This document shows positions 57,601 to 64,000 of a DNA stretch of 64,000 nt, in pieces. Positions within the stretch are counted from its first letter, which is position 1, and each line of letters opens with the position of its first letter. Position numbers and translations under genes: made by a program. Source of the DNA: a virus. The stretch covers positions 28,856 through 92,855 of IMG/VR virus record IMGVR_UViG_3300042691_019380; one strand, given 5' to 3'. Below the pieces are notes generated by a model that did no database searches, had not been told where the DNA came from, and saw nothing but the letters and a program-made list of their open reading frames with translations.

Positions 57601-58976
57601 ACCGAGAGGTACGCACCCATTTCTGGGTGACCGGCGCCAGAAAAAACCACTTCACTGCCACGCACCGTGGCTCCGCCCATGGCGGCGAGATCGTCCAGAG
57701 ACTTGACGCCTGCCTGGGACATGCCCTCCAAGAGAGCCTTCGGGTTGGCGATCTCGACACGGCCAGCCTTCTCTGCTCCCGAGAATGGCGGCTTCTCTTT
57801 GAGATCGTTTCCAGACAAAGACACAGAGTCGTTCGACTCTTTCCACGAGTCGTCGGCTTTGCTCGACGAGCCGCCGCCGTCTGATGCGCAGTCGTTGCCA
57901 GGAGCGAATCGGCCGCCTTCGACCTTCTCGCAGCCGCCGTTGCGGTACTCGACCCAGTCGTCGTCGAGCAGGGCCCTGGCCTCGACGTCAAAGAATGCGT
58001 CCGCCAAGTCCAGGCCACGCTTCGAGAACCGGCCGCGAAGAGAAGTGAACCGCTTCCAGCCTGGGTCTTTGTCGTCGCCGACATTCAGCGACATTTCCAT
58101 CTCGCCGCCGTTCTTCTCCCACCACTCCTGGCCTTCCTTGGTCTCGTAGAGAGACTGGATCGTCAGAGCCCCGGCTGCTTTTTCTTTGCGAGCCCGAGGC
58201 GAGAGAATCTTGTCGGGGATGCCGCTGCCGTATGAATTGAAGAACCCTCTCGCCAGGGACCAAGTGGGCGTGATCCGCTGTCGCGGGATGACGCCATTGA
58301 AGCCCAGGCGGGGCCAGATTCGATATCCCTTGAAGTCAGACGAGTCACGGTTGTCTCCGGCCGCCAGCATCTCGACGCTCGTGACGCCGATCTTCTCGGC
58401 CTGCGTGATGCTCGCGATCGTGCCCTTCATCATGTGGCGGGCGACGGCGACGCTGGCTTTTTGTTTTGCCTCGTCGCTGATCATCAGCATCGTGTAGGAC
58501 ATGACGAGTTCGCCGTCCTCGAAGCGAGTCAGCGAAGCGGCTGTCTTGGCCGCGCCTTCGATGCCAGAGACAGGCATCGTGCTTACGAACGTGACAGTGT
58601 CTTCGATGTACCGATCTGGGTCTTCGCTCCCCATGTACTCGATGATTTCCCGCATCCCGCCGTGTGCGATCACGACGTCAGACTGCGGGTCGATGGCAGC
58701 GCATGCTTTGGCTGCCTGATCGAGAGTCACGCCGATTTCGCGAAGCGACTTGCTGACCAACTCTCCGTCCGAGATGGTCACGGACTTCACGCCAGCGAGG
58801 GACTTCGCCGGGGGCGACTTCTTCAGGTCTTTCCCAGAGATCAGAACCTTTTCCTGCTCTCGCTTCCACGAGTTGTCGACCCTTGGCCCGCCTTCATTGG
58901 CCGAGCAGTCGTTCTTAATGCCGCCGCCTTCGCCCGTCGGGCAGAAGGCCCGGAACTCTTCTTCCAGAAAAATCAC
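51630..58976 (-). CDS. Giant polyvalent protein (2448 aa): 7 Cys-tags, 3 GNAT-like domains, glycosylase-like, HDxxxH domain, unknown domain, C-terminal ADP-ribosyltransferase
   Basis: Internal repeats visible; LYRG...SWTT...EAEV (R-S-E); GTGA-coupled to the portal stop. Confidence 0.8.
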   Translation of the reverse strand: MIFLEEEFRAFCPTGEGGGIKNDCSANEGGPRVDNSWKREQEKVLISGKDLKKSPPAKSLAGVKSVTISDGELVSKSLREIGVTLDQAAKACAAIDPQSDVVIAHGGMREIIEYMGSEDPDRYIEDTVTFVSTMPVSGIEGAAKTAASLTRFEDGELVMSYTMLMISDEAKQKASVAVARHMMKGTIASITQAEKIGVTSVEMLAAGDNRDSSDFKGYRIWPRLGFNGVIPRQRITPTWSLARGFFNSYGSGIPDKILSPRARKEKAAGALTIQSLYETKEGQEWWEKNGGEMEMSLNVGDDKDPGWKRFTSLRGRFSKRGLDLADAFFDVEARALLDDDWVEYRNGGCEKVEGGRFAPGNDCASDGGGSSSKADDSWKESNDSVSLSGNDLKEKPPFSGAEKAGRVEIANPKALLEGMSQAGVKSLDDLAAMGGATVRGSEVVFSGAGHPEMGAYLSVENKIPVSRSGDGSEGYFHVGVTVHKEGREHVLGLNEMFPTQEVKATRERVAKATSLMQQAVIESIMAADNSGIARVKMSAAGGPEYDLKGYRLWPQFGFDAPLEPSHKHALAKAPPDVIEKVMRVARPDLFATRIKPSAGALAAALPHSSINVQHLVSFREGDLWWDNNGSTLGMVLDLSDKKSLGYAKFQKRVSQLKKLRERNQERSFFQWLDEEAEFRAGADCGRAEGGRFGAGNDCASDDGGGSSLPADDDDGSLEMDAEAVSASPPFKGAEVLDSFSVNDVHSLKGILSDMGRVKTVENVVAISGGVRQGGSISIDSYGESIIVNSSIPVAPDGSGRLGHIKNMVSLMKDDDGNLVVNYDSMSLDSGAMSSIDGDTEGDSADRRRIVSMVLERMTESLSVAEESGAIRADTIAAGNSGSALQGYRLWPQFGFDGLIDRADIDSIKEDVKLTPEQKRRANSGSMTVQQLIATPEGDRWWNENGSTIELTLDFTDQTTAGYKRFARMKKMLERLKERNKNRSEFVVGVEYRKDDCGRVDGGKFGPKNDCASEDGGGTAVEDKKPRSTKKPGAFREPLKWRPGDSHVDIFREASQNNPTKKSENGKKILSTSIPGAKVVRGLAGKDEIEPLDVGRHLLARQAEHRGRIIDTTKSLSGEDFEYMVSGIVSQVESAVSRGVAPNFYSPEDRKAQVEAYAEVQPLMRGGKTASGFCIGVVGPNGECEPSDGISPQAEFLFRAAQALTSPEANPYENMLRADSVLTAFFEEPDPSKAKLGAGVAMAGAGAQNTLTNFSRLQKIIDRVGLEETRRLFSGPSIAVKDFEKFFLSKVPGSDGERYEANSYAVAEVVPPFSIFGPKVGPFFANNTGDTEALTADIWFTRTWGRLSGELVSQTSADRAKKHGTELMSATGAIGRKELANLGLDGRSFRTLVSRMKQKGEIAQQIVDWAEARDKQYKKDGFPSPKKGTGTEKRYKLDRLAVNILSNQASLMSQPETTVMRSNMIRVMREAAKRTGVSVAYMQDILWQDEQDTWGMLGSRTTTVPGVPSLYSDVIRKIVNEPQNLHDRRRESKRSLGDVEEPMPLPFYGDQKGGFEQAAYDGFMSEISDDEFADLAVEFLRRNAKKESRAFCPTGEGGGVDNSCGSDDGSSAGTSSSSRSPESMPRSFPRGSAKFRDAIDSVSPSPKSIWDRSRGRADTPPEKVITAAADEQGSSGASLTPEAEASYKDLIDEIGRQYEALTAAGLKAKAWKGEGEPYGDPPGSTKPNSDKMREEVAKTGEFSFFMTDKGFGTGAATPDHPMLRETKYKTADGEPMIANDLFRVVHDMVAHVRGGYSFSANGEYNGMLTHASTLPESAWPALFAETFGQNAVYEKTGNYAPQNAYASKVGPEIIKAELAKRNRKVRRAIDAEYESDEPLGYQHRKVRPWLMKGAAESRAYCPTGDGGGIDNSCSASDKGKEPIPAGDKSLKSYEPFTPAESSRNSDFAILPSDEDAISSLKEPQREKYGAHRTLPAGYLLDLRIDIPAFEKHGTYVVTAHEHVNGAGVGAAIGYDSIIRLKGDVDFRVGETAATKIARGKTNKNTHSTVKGKFDPSREIPEDIDDWTPVGYNPKTATYYYDKRNGKEIVGGVDSISVGNSVFVRIPKYGNGRDPSSPPRNAKTDYRSADCGRDESGRFGQDNKCQEEGDGTSDETSGDFRTEADKRETAETFKSDAGDILVVDRRDTSTPDYLDEIEGHGRDLGLGVTFEAARQLQPDSDIETGWGPLEAYTGKAYGYFTGFSSDGSDEIDTYGAEYGAIDDYAADDLKREKKIENEERWKSLDKKEEFGERWDSMTDEERQKEQEDWLWKENELIDEEIDQLREEARSVAAEQMSKDFQKAVARETIECCLQLYRGLSVDAHEAEQMLKWGYVFHDSVNSWTTSRGTARSFGANRLLLVARKPRVGYVYSQNTREEAEVIRPPSKMRITGAVRTKTGMVFYVDEDKDY

Positions 58977-61705
58977 AGCGAGAAAGCCCCGTTCGTGATG
59001 CGAGACAAGAGAGACATGACGTCGCTGTCGTACTCCTTGCCAGCCCACGAGCCAGCAATGACTTCAGCGACGAACTCGCGGCTGCCGGTGGCGGCGTAGC
59101 GAGAGACGCGAGTTGCGACGCTTCGCGACTCCTCGTCTTCAAGAGACACAGACGCCTCGTATGAGTCAGCGTCTGCGATCGCGTGGTGGCGATGCGCGAG
59201 TTCGTGCAGAAGCGGATTCGGCTGGGACAGCCATCCGCGAGCAGCGGCCAGACGAAACGACGCTGCGACTTCTTCTGTCAGAGATTCAGACACGTAGATC
59301 GTGTCTGTGTCGCGGTCGTACTCGGCGATCGCGCGGGCCTCGGCCTGGGGCCTGAAGACGACGTCAGGCACATCGACGTCGCCTGTTGATCTCAGTTCTC
59401 GGACGAGGGCTTCGACTGCTGCTGCTGTCTGGCCGCTCGCTCGGCTCGCACCCTCTCTCGGGCCTCGTTCAGCGCCTTCGCGATTTTCTCTGCTGACGCC
59501 CCCGCCGGGAAGTCGAATCGAACGGGCTTGCTTGGGCCTTGTTCGTCGGGCATCGTACTCTTCCTTTCTGATTTCTCTCTTCTCGTTCAAATCCCATATC
59601 GCGAGTTGATCCGTGGATTCAGCGGAGTCAATCGCATCGTCAATGCTATCGAACTGCTCAGAGAGGTCAAGGTAAATCTTGTCGGAGTCACCGTCGATCC
59701 ATCCTCCAACGTGCAGTGCTGGCCTAGCCTCGAACTGAGACTTGTTGTCGTCCATGAACTTGGCGATCAACTCTCCGGTGACTTGCTCCTTGGAGTCGAT
59801 CACAACTTCAGCAGCCTTAACGACGCCGACCATGTAGCCAGTCGTCGGGCTGTCTTCAGTGACGGGATGAATCGAGAAGCCGTTCGTTAGATCAATAGAC
59901 TTTCTCGCTTTTTCTGCGATCCTCTCGGCCTTGTCTTTGTCGACTCCAGACTTCGACTCAGACTCAGACTCAGACTTGGAGCCGCCGCCTGTCTCGGGGC
60001 TGCACGTCGGATCGACGCCGCCGCCTTCGCCAGTGGGGCAGAAGGCGCGAGACTCCGGCATGCTCAGTTTCTCTTCTGGAATGATCCAGAGTTTGCAGAT
60101 CGCATTCGGCGAGATAACGCCCTTCACGATCTCGCACGAGCCGCCTTCTTCGTAGTAGATGCAGTTCCGGCACGAGATGCCGCGAGACGCGAACGGGTTC
60201 TGCTCCATGTAGTGAGCGCCGCTCGCCCCCTGCTGCGGCCAGCGTCCGTTCTCTTTGACGATCGCTTCCTGGGCGTCATAGAGGGCTTGGTTCTGCGGCG
60301 AGAGGGCTCGCTTCTCTTCGATCGCCTCTTCCATCTTTGGCTTGGGCTCAGACTTCTCGCCCTGTTCAGCCTCGTTGGGGGCCTTGCCAGTCTTGACTTC
60401 CGGAAGACTTGGGACGCCTCCCTGGGCTGGCGGCGGAGGGCCGCCAGGAGGTGCCGCCATCGGGTCTGGCTTAGGCTTGACCGCGTCCTCCAGCGTCTGC
60501 ATGTTCATGCCGACGAAGTGCTTGTCGCCATTTTCGAGCGGCGGCATGTTTTCGAGACGACGACAGTCGTTGATCGAAAAAATGCCCAGATTCGTCATCG
60601 TGGAGTAGTACGACGCGCGAGAGTTGGAGTCGCCTCGCATCAGGCCGCGAACGTCGAACTCGGCCACGAAGAGATCGTCGTTGTAGATCAGAGACCGAGA
60701 GATGGCACTCTCGATGCGACGCAGCCACGGCACGAGCGTGTACGTGACGAAGTCTTGGCCTTCGATCTCAGGGTTTCCGCCAGACTGGCCCTGAACGAGC
60801 CTGACCGGCAGCCTGTAGACCCTGGCGATCTCCTCGGACTGGAATCGCCGTGTCGACTCGAACTGGGACTGTTCAGCAGTGAAGCCGACGGGCTCGACTT
60901 TTAGGCCGTTGGTCAAGATCGCAGTCTTGTACGCCCGGTCGACCCCACGATGGAGTCTCTCCCAATTGTCTCGCAGTCGCTCTGCGGCCTCGGGGGAGAG
61001 AGAACCGTCCGTCTGAAGCACGATGCCGGGACGTGCAGAGTTGGCCCAGAACTTCGCGGCGTGAATCTCGCACGCTCTCGCCAGGGCGATCGCCTCGCGG
61101 GCGACCTCGACCGGGACCATGCCCTTGATGCCGTCGGGCTCGGCGGTCCACCGGACGTGCATGATCTGGTCTTGCGTGTACGGCTCAAGTCTCCCGTTCT
61201 CCGGATTCGTGTACATGTACCGGAGTCGGCCGTTTTCAAGCCGCTCGACGTCCATGCGGGACGGGTGGAGGTTGATGAGTTCAGAGACAGCGCCATATCG
61301 GCCAGACTTGATCTGCGTGTAAGAGTTCCCCCACAGGCACAAGTTCATAACCATCTGCTCGAAGAACTCGAACTTGGTCTGCCAAGAGTTTGGAGCAAAA
61401 GCCAAGACTCGGTACAGGGGGATATCCCTGGCGATATCTTTGCTCCCGCCTTCGCCTCGCCTGTAGACATGCAAGGGCAGGGCACTGATCGTCTCGGCGA
61501 GAATGCGGCAGCAGGCCAGGACGACCGTCGACTGGAGAGCAGTCTCGGGCGTGACCCTGACTTCCGACTCAGTCCTCCACCGGCCGCCGTAACTCTCGTC
61601 CGAGAGCAAGAAGTTGTTCCACGAGATGCCGCGAATCTCGGGCTCAGACAGCCCGCGCTCTGGTGTCCAGACAATGTCGGACAGGGCCCTGTTCTCTTCG
61701 CTCAT
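58973..61705 (-). CDS. HK97-family portal protein with ~480-aa C-terminal extension (HiPIP-like, tag, unknown domain, zincin)
   Basis: V.AC..IL.E.IS.LP, PN.WQT.FEF, GNSY, QF.E.R.F...EIAR.Y.LP, L.PWL..IE; CxxC..C..C.LW; HELAH...RYA...E.VAE. Confidence 0.93.
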   Translation of the reverse strand: MSEENRALSDIVWTPERGLSEPEIRGISWNNFLLSDESYGGRWRTESEVRVTPETALQSTVVLACCRILAETISALPLHVYRRGEGGSKDIARDIPLYRVLAFAPNSWQTKFEFFEQMVMNLCLWGNSYTQIKSGRYGAVSELINLHPSRMDVERLENGRLRYMYTNPENGRLEPYTQDQIMHVRWTAEPDGIKGMVPVEVAREAIALARACEIHAAKFWANSARPGIVLQTDGSLSPEAAERLRDNWERLHRGVDRAYKTAILTNGLKVEPVGFTAEQSQFESTRRFQSEEIARVYRLPVRLVQGQSGGNPEIEGQDFVTYTLVPWLRRIESAISRSLIYNDDLFVAEFDVRGLMRGDSNSRASYYSTMTNLGIFSINDCRRLENMPPLENGDKHFVGMNMQTLEDAVKPKPDPMAAPPGGPPPPAQGGVPSLPEVKTGKAPNEAEQGEKSEPKPKMEEAIEEKRALSPQNQALYDAQEAIVKENGRWPQQGASGAHYMEQNPFASRGISCRNCIYYEEGGSCEIVKGVISPNAICKLWIIPEEKLSMPESRAFCPTGEGGGVDPTCSPETGGGSKSESESESKSGVDKDKAERIAEKARKSIDLTNGFSIHPVTEDSPTTGYMVGVVKAAEVVIDSKEQVTGELIAKFMDDNKSQFEARPALHVGGWIDGDSDKIYLDLSEQFDSIDDAIDSAESTDQLAIWDLNEKREIRKEEYDARRTRPKQARSIRLPGGGVSRENREGAERGPREGASRASGQTAAAVEALVRELRSTGDVDVPDVVFRPQAEARAIAEYDRDTDTIYVSESLTEEVAASFRLAAARGWLSQPNPLLHELAHRHHAIADADSYEASVSLEDEESRSVATRVSRYAATGSREFVAEVIAGSWAGKEYDSDVMSLLSRITNGAFSL

Positions 61706-61715
61706 CGCGACCCCT

Positions 61716-63332
61716 TCACAGCAAGATGATCTCCGGATCGGGCGTCTTCGGAGTCGCCTCTGCGTCGCTGGCAAGGGCCAGAGCCATCACAAGGGCGACC
61801 ATCCCGTCCACTCTGGCAGGGCTCATGGCAGCAGGCTTGGCGATCTTGATGTAGCCGTCGGCGTTCGTCTTCGTCGTGCAATTTCCGGCCATCCAGTTCA
61901 AGATCGGGTTGTCGCTCGTCCGCAGGCGTCCCTGCGAGATGAGCCCGTCCAGGGCGCGTGTCGGCGCGTTCATCGCCGAAAAGTTCTGGCTAAACCCTAT
62001 CACGTTCAAGCCTTCGGCCTGAAGTTGCTGGACGAGGTAGTGCGAGTTGTGGGGGTCGGTGGCGATCCGCCTGACAGTTCTCTCTTTGGCGAACTTCAGG
62101 ATGTCTCGCTTGATGAACTCGTAATCACACGTGTCGCCTGGGGTCAGCACCAAGCCTGTCTTGGGGTCTTTCGCCCACTGGATATAGGGAACTTCTTCGC
62201 GTCTGGTGTCGGCGTTGTCGGCCGGAATCCAGAACTTGCAGATCACGTCAAACACTTCGTCGTTGGCTTTCGAGACAGCCACGAAAGCGTTGACGTCCCA
62301 GGTCTGGGCAAGGTCAAGACCGGCGTACCAGACTCGCGAAGAATCAAGCGGCCCCGAGTGGCCCTTACACTGCTCCCAGTGGGTCAGGTTCACGAACTTC
62401 TCGGTCCCCGCGACCCAGACATTAAGTCTGTACCGCAAGAACGAGGACAGCCGGGATGGAGACTGCTCGGCCTCCCGCACGTCAGCCTTGAAACTCTCCT
62501 CGTCCATCGTGACGCCGAAAGACGGGTTCGCGGCACGCCAGACAGCCGGGTCTCGGTAGTCATCGTCAGCCGTGGCTGCGGCGATATAAGCGAAGTACTG
62601 CGGGTCGAGACTTGGGTCTTGCATGACCTTCAAGGCATGCTCGTGCTGCTCGTAGCAGATCGAAGACCTGTCAAATCCAGCCGTCGTGATCGCCAAGACG
62701 AGGCTCTGGCTTCGAGAAATACCGCCGTACCGGATGGCGTCCCAGAGTTTCCGGTCTTTGGCCGAGTGCAACTCGTCGTAGCACAGGGAGTGGATGTTCA
62801 AGCCCTCGGCCCGGTGCGAGTCGCTCGAAATAACCCGCCAGAACGAGTTCGTCGGCACGCAGGCGATCGTCTTCCGAGAGTCGACGATCTCCAGTCGCTT
62901 GGACAAGTAAGGGCTGGACCGGACAAGTTCCGCCATTTGCTTGTAGACGATCCCGGCCTGATCCCGAGACGTAGCCGCGCCGAAGCACTCCGCTGCGGGC
63001 TCGGAGTCGGCCACGGTCATGTAGAGCGAGATGCCTGAGAGCAGGGTGCTTTTGCCGTTCTTTTTAGGAACTTCGATGTACCCGACCCTGAATCTCCGCT
63101 GGTCGTTGTCGACACGCATCCAGCCGAAGAGTTCCTCGATCACCTCGTCCTTCTGCCAGGGCAGGAGAGTGAACGGCTTCCCGGCGAACTGACCCTTGGA
63201 ATGGATCAGAAAGTTCTCGAAGAAGCCGACGGCGTGAGCCGCCTTGGCCTCGTCGAAGTAGTAGTCGTAGCCGAGACTAAGCGCCTCGGCTTTTGATATA
63301 CGCTTCCAGCGGGTCTTCTGGGGCAGCGGCAT
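61716..63332 (-). CDS. terL: Terminase large subunit
   Basis: LLPWQ, PKKNGKS, DELH, ITTAG, GLDLA, DG.VA..MA. Confidence 0.96.
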   Translation of the reverse strand: MPLPQKTRWKRISKAEALSLGYDYYFDEAKAAHAVGFFENFLIHSKGQFAGKPFTLLPWQKDEVIEELFGWMRVDNDQRRFRVGYIEVPKKNGKSTLLSGISLYMTVADSEPAAECFGAATSRDQAGIVYKQMAELVRSSPYLSKRLEIVDSRKTIACVPTNSFWRVISSDSHRAEGLNIHSLCYDELHSAKDRKLWDAIRYGGISRSQSLVLAITTAGFDRSSICYEQHEHALKVMQDPSLDPQYFAYIAAATADDDYRDPAVWRAANPSFGVTMDEESFKADVREAEQSPSRLSSFLRYRLNVWVAGTEKFVNLTHWEQCKGHSGPLDSSRVWYAGLDLAQTWDVNAFVAVSKANDEVFDVICKFWIPADNADTRREEVPYIQWAKDPKTGLVLTPGDTCDYEFIKRDILKFAKERTVRRIATDPHNSHYLVQQLQAEGLNVIGFSQNFSAMNAPTRALDGLISQGRLRTSDNPILNWMAGNCTTKTNADGYIKIAKPAAMSPARVDGMVALVMALALASDAEATPKTPDPEIILL

Positions 63333-63741
63333 TCGAGACCTTCATGGTCGACCTCGCGGCGGCGGTCATTCCGAACTGCTGCTCGATTCGCATCAGTTCC
63401 GCCGGGAGAGTCTTGAACAGCGACCCCTCCGCTGTCAGTTGGGAGTACCCAGTCTGAGTCAACTGGGTCATCCCGTTCTCTTGGACATGTTTCACGACGT
63501 AGAGCCACTGCTCGTGGAGGAGGCAGTATCGCTCGATCACGCCTCGGTCAGCCTGGGTGAACACGCCCATGTTGAAGAGCAGGGGAGCGATCTCGTTCCA
63601 CTTCTCCAGGGCTGGACCGGCGAGCCGGGGAGGAGGCGAGATGTCGGCCGGAGGCGGCTTGGGCTCGTCAGCGTTGATCGTTCGCTGGCCGGGATTGCCC
63701 CGGAGAACCTTGAGGCTCGTCGGTACTGGAGGTCTTCCCAT
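63277..63741 (-). CDS. terS: Terminase small subunit, P27 family
   Basis: GRPP.PT.LK.L.GNPG.R; FGMT.AAR. Confidence 0.93.
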   Translation of the reverse strand: MGRPPVPTSLKVLRGNPGQRTINADEPKPPPADISPPPRLAGPALEKWNEIAPLLFNMGVFTQADRGVIERYCLLHEQWLYVVKHVQENGMTQLTQTGYSQLTAEGSLFKTLPAELMRIEQQFGMTAAARSTMKVSNAAAPEDPLEAYIKSRGA

Positions 63742-63742
63742 G

Positions 63743-63889
63743 TCAGGCTGGATTGATCGAGACGATGTCCTTCATGTCGATTCCGTACTGGGCCTGCACG
63801 AGCAGCCTCGCCCGATACATGGACGTCGCGGGGACGACCGCGAACGTCTGCTCGCCCTTGAACCGGAACCGAACGATGTACTTCTTCAA
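63743..63889 (-). CDS. Small hypothetical protein
   Basis: My translation from TTG: KKYIVRFRFKGEQTFAVVPATSMYRARLLVQAQYG; below the ORF-track cutoff. Confidence 0.4.
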   Translation of the reverse strand: MKKYIVRFRFKGEQTFAVVPATSMYRARLLVQAQYGIDMKDIVSINPA

Positions 63890-64000
63890 GGCCCGACTAC
63901 TTTTTTGGAGGCCGAGCCCACCTGGGTCTCTTCCGGCAAAAACATGCGTTTTTCGCGGAGAAAAGACCCCCTAAAAAGTTTCGCAGCCGCTCACGGAAGC

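Noticed and set aside
45733-58976. Classical polymorphic toxin-immunity or intein/Hint-processed locus
   Set aside because: No small immunity genes between the ORFs, no Hint/intein motifs, and no recognisable MuF domain
59955-59975. (GACTCA)n short tandem repeat
   Set aside because: Simply encodes a low-complexity SESESES linker

Overview
A 64-kb, GC-rich segment of a temperate tailed phage (siphovirus-type, HK97-fold capsid). The host is probably a Planctomycete (inferred from a DUF1559-style prepilin peptide). Almost all real genes are on the minus strand; most plus-strand ORFs are antisense shadows. Reading in transcription order from the right end: small and large terminase, a portal with a long C-terminal extension, a ~13-kb insert of multidomain proteins (a 2448-aa giant protein, a fused prohead protease and two more proteins), a small Zn-finger gene, major capsid, head-tail and tail genes (frameshifting chaperone, 1605-aa tape measure, 2338-aa RCC1/Gly-repeat tail protein), nucleotide-metabolism genes, an RNA ligase and a plus-strand tyrosine integrase. 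A long early/accessory region follows: Ro60/TROVE with two Y-RNA-like genes, a MoxR-type AAA+ with three vWA-like paralogues, an ADP-ribosyltransferase-like gene, repeated promoter cassettes, an Ocr-like DNA mimic and an endonuclease V-like glycosylase. The window ends with SNF2 helicase, RecE-like exonuclease, an SSB-like protein and a partial primase-polymerase. The most striking feature is the head module: 13 copies of a short Cys-bracketed Gly-rich tag (FCPTGEGGGIDNSC / DCGRxExGxFxxGNxC), nearly all directly after an x-x-R site, separate putative effector domains (5 GNAT-like, ART, glycosylase-like, zincin, Fe-S-like) across five head-module proteins. This suggests a protease-processed, capsid-loaded effector system. 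Family assignments come from motif recognition by eye, not database searches. Several start codons were moved downstream from the ORF track using RBS and stop/start overlaps.
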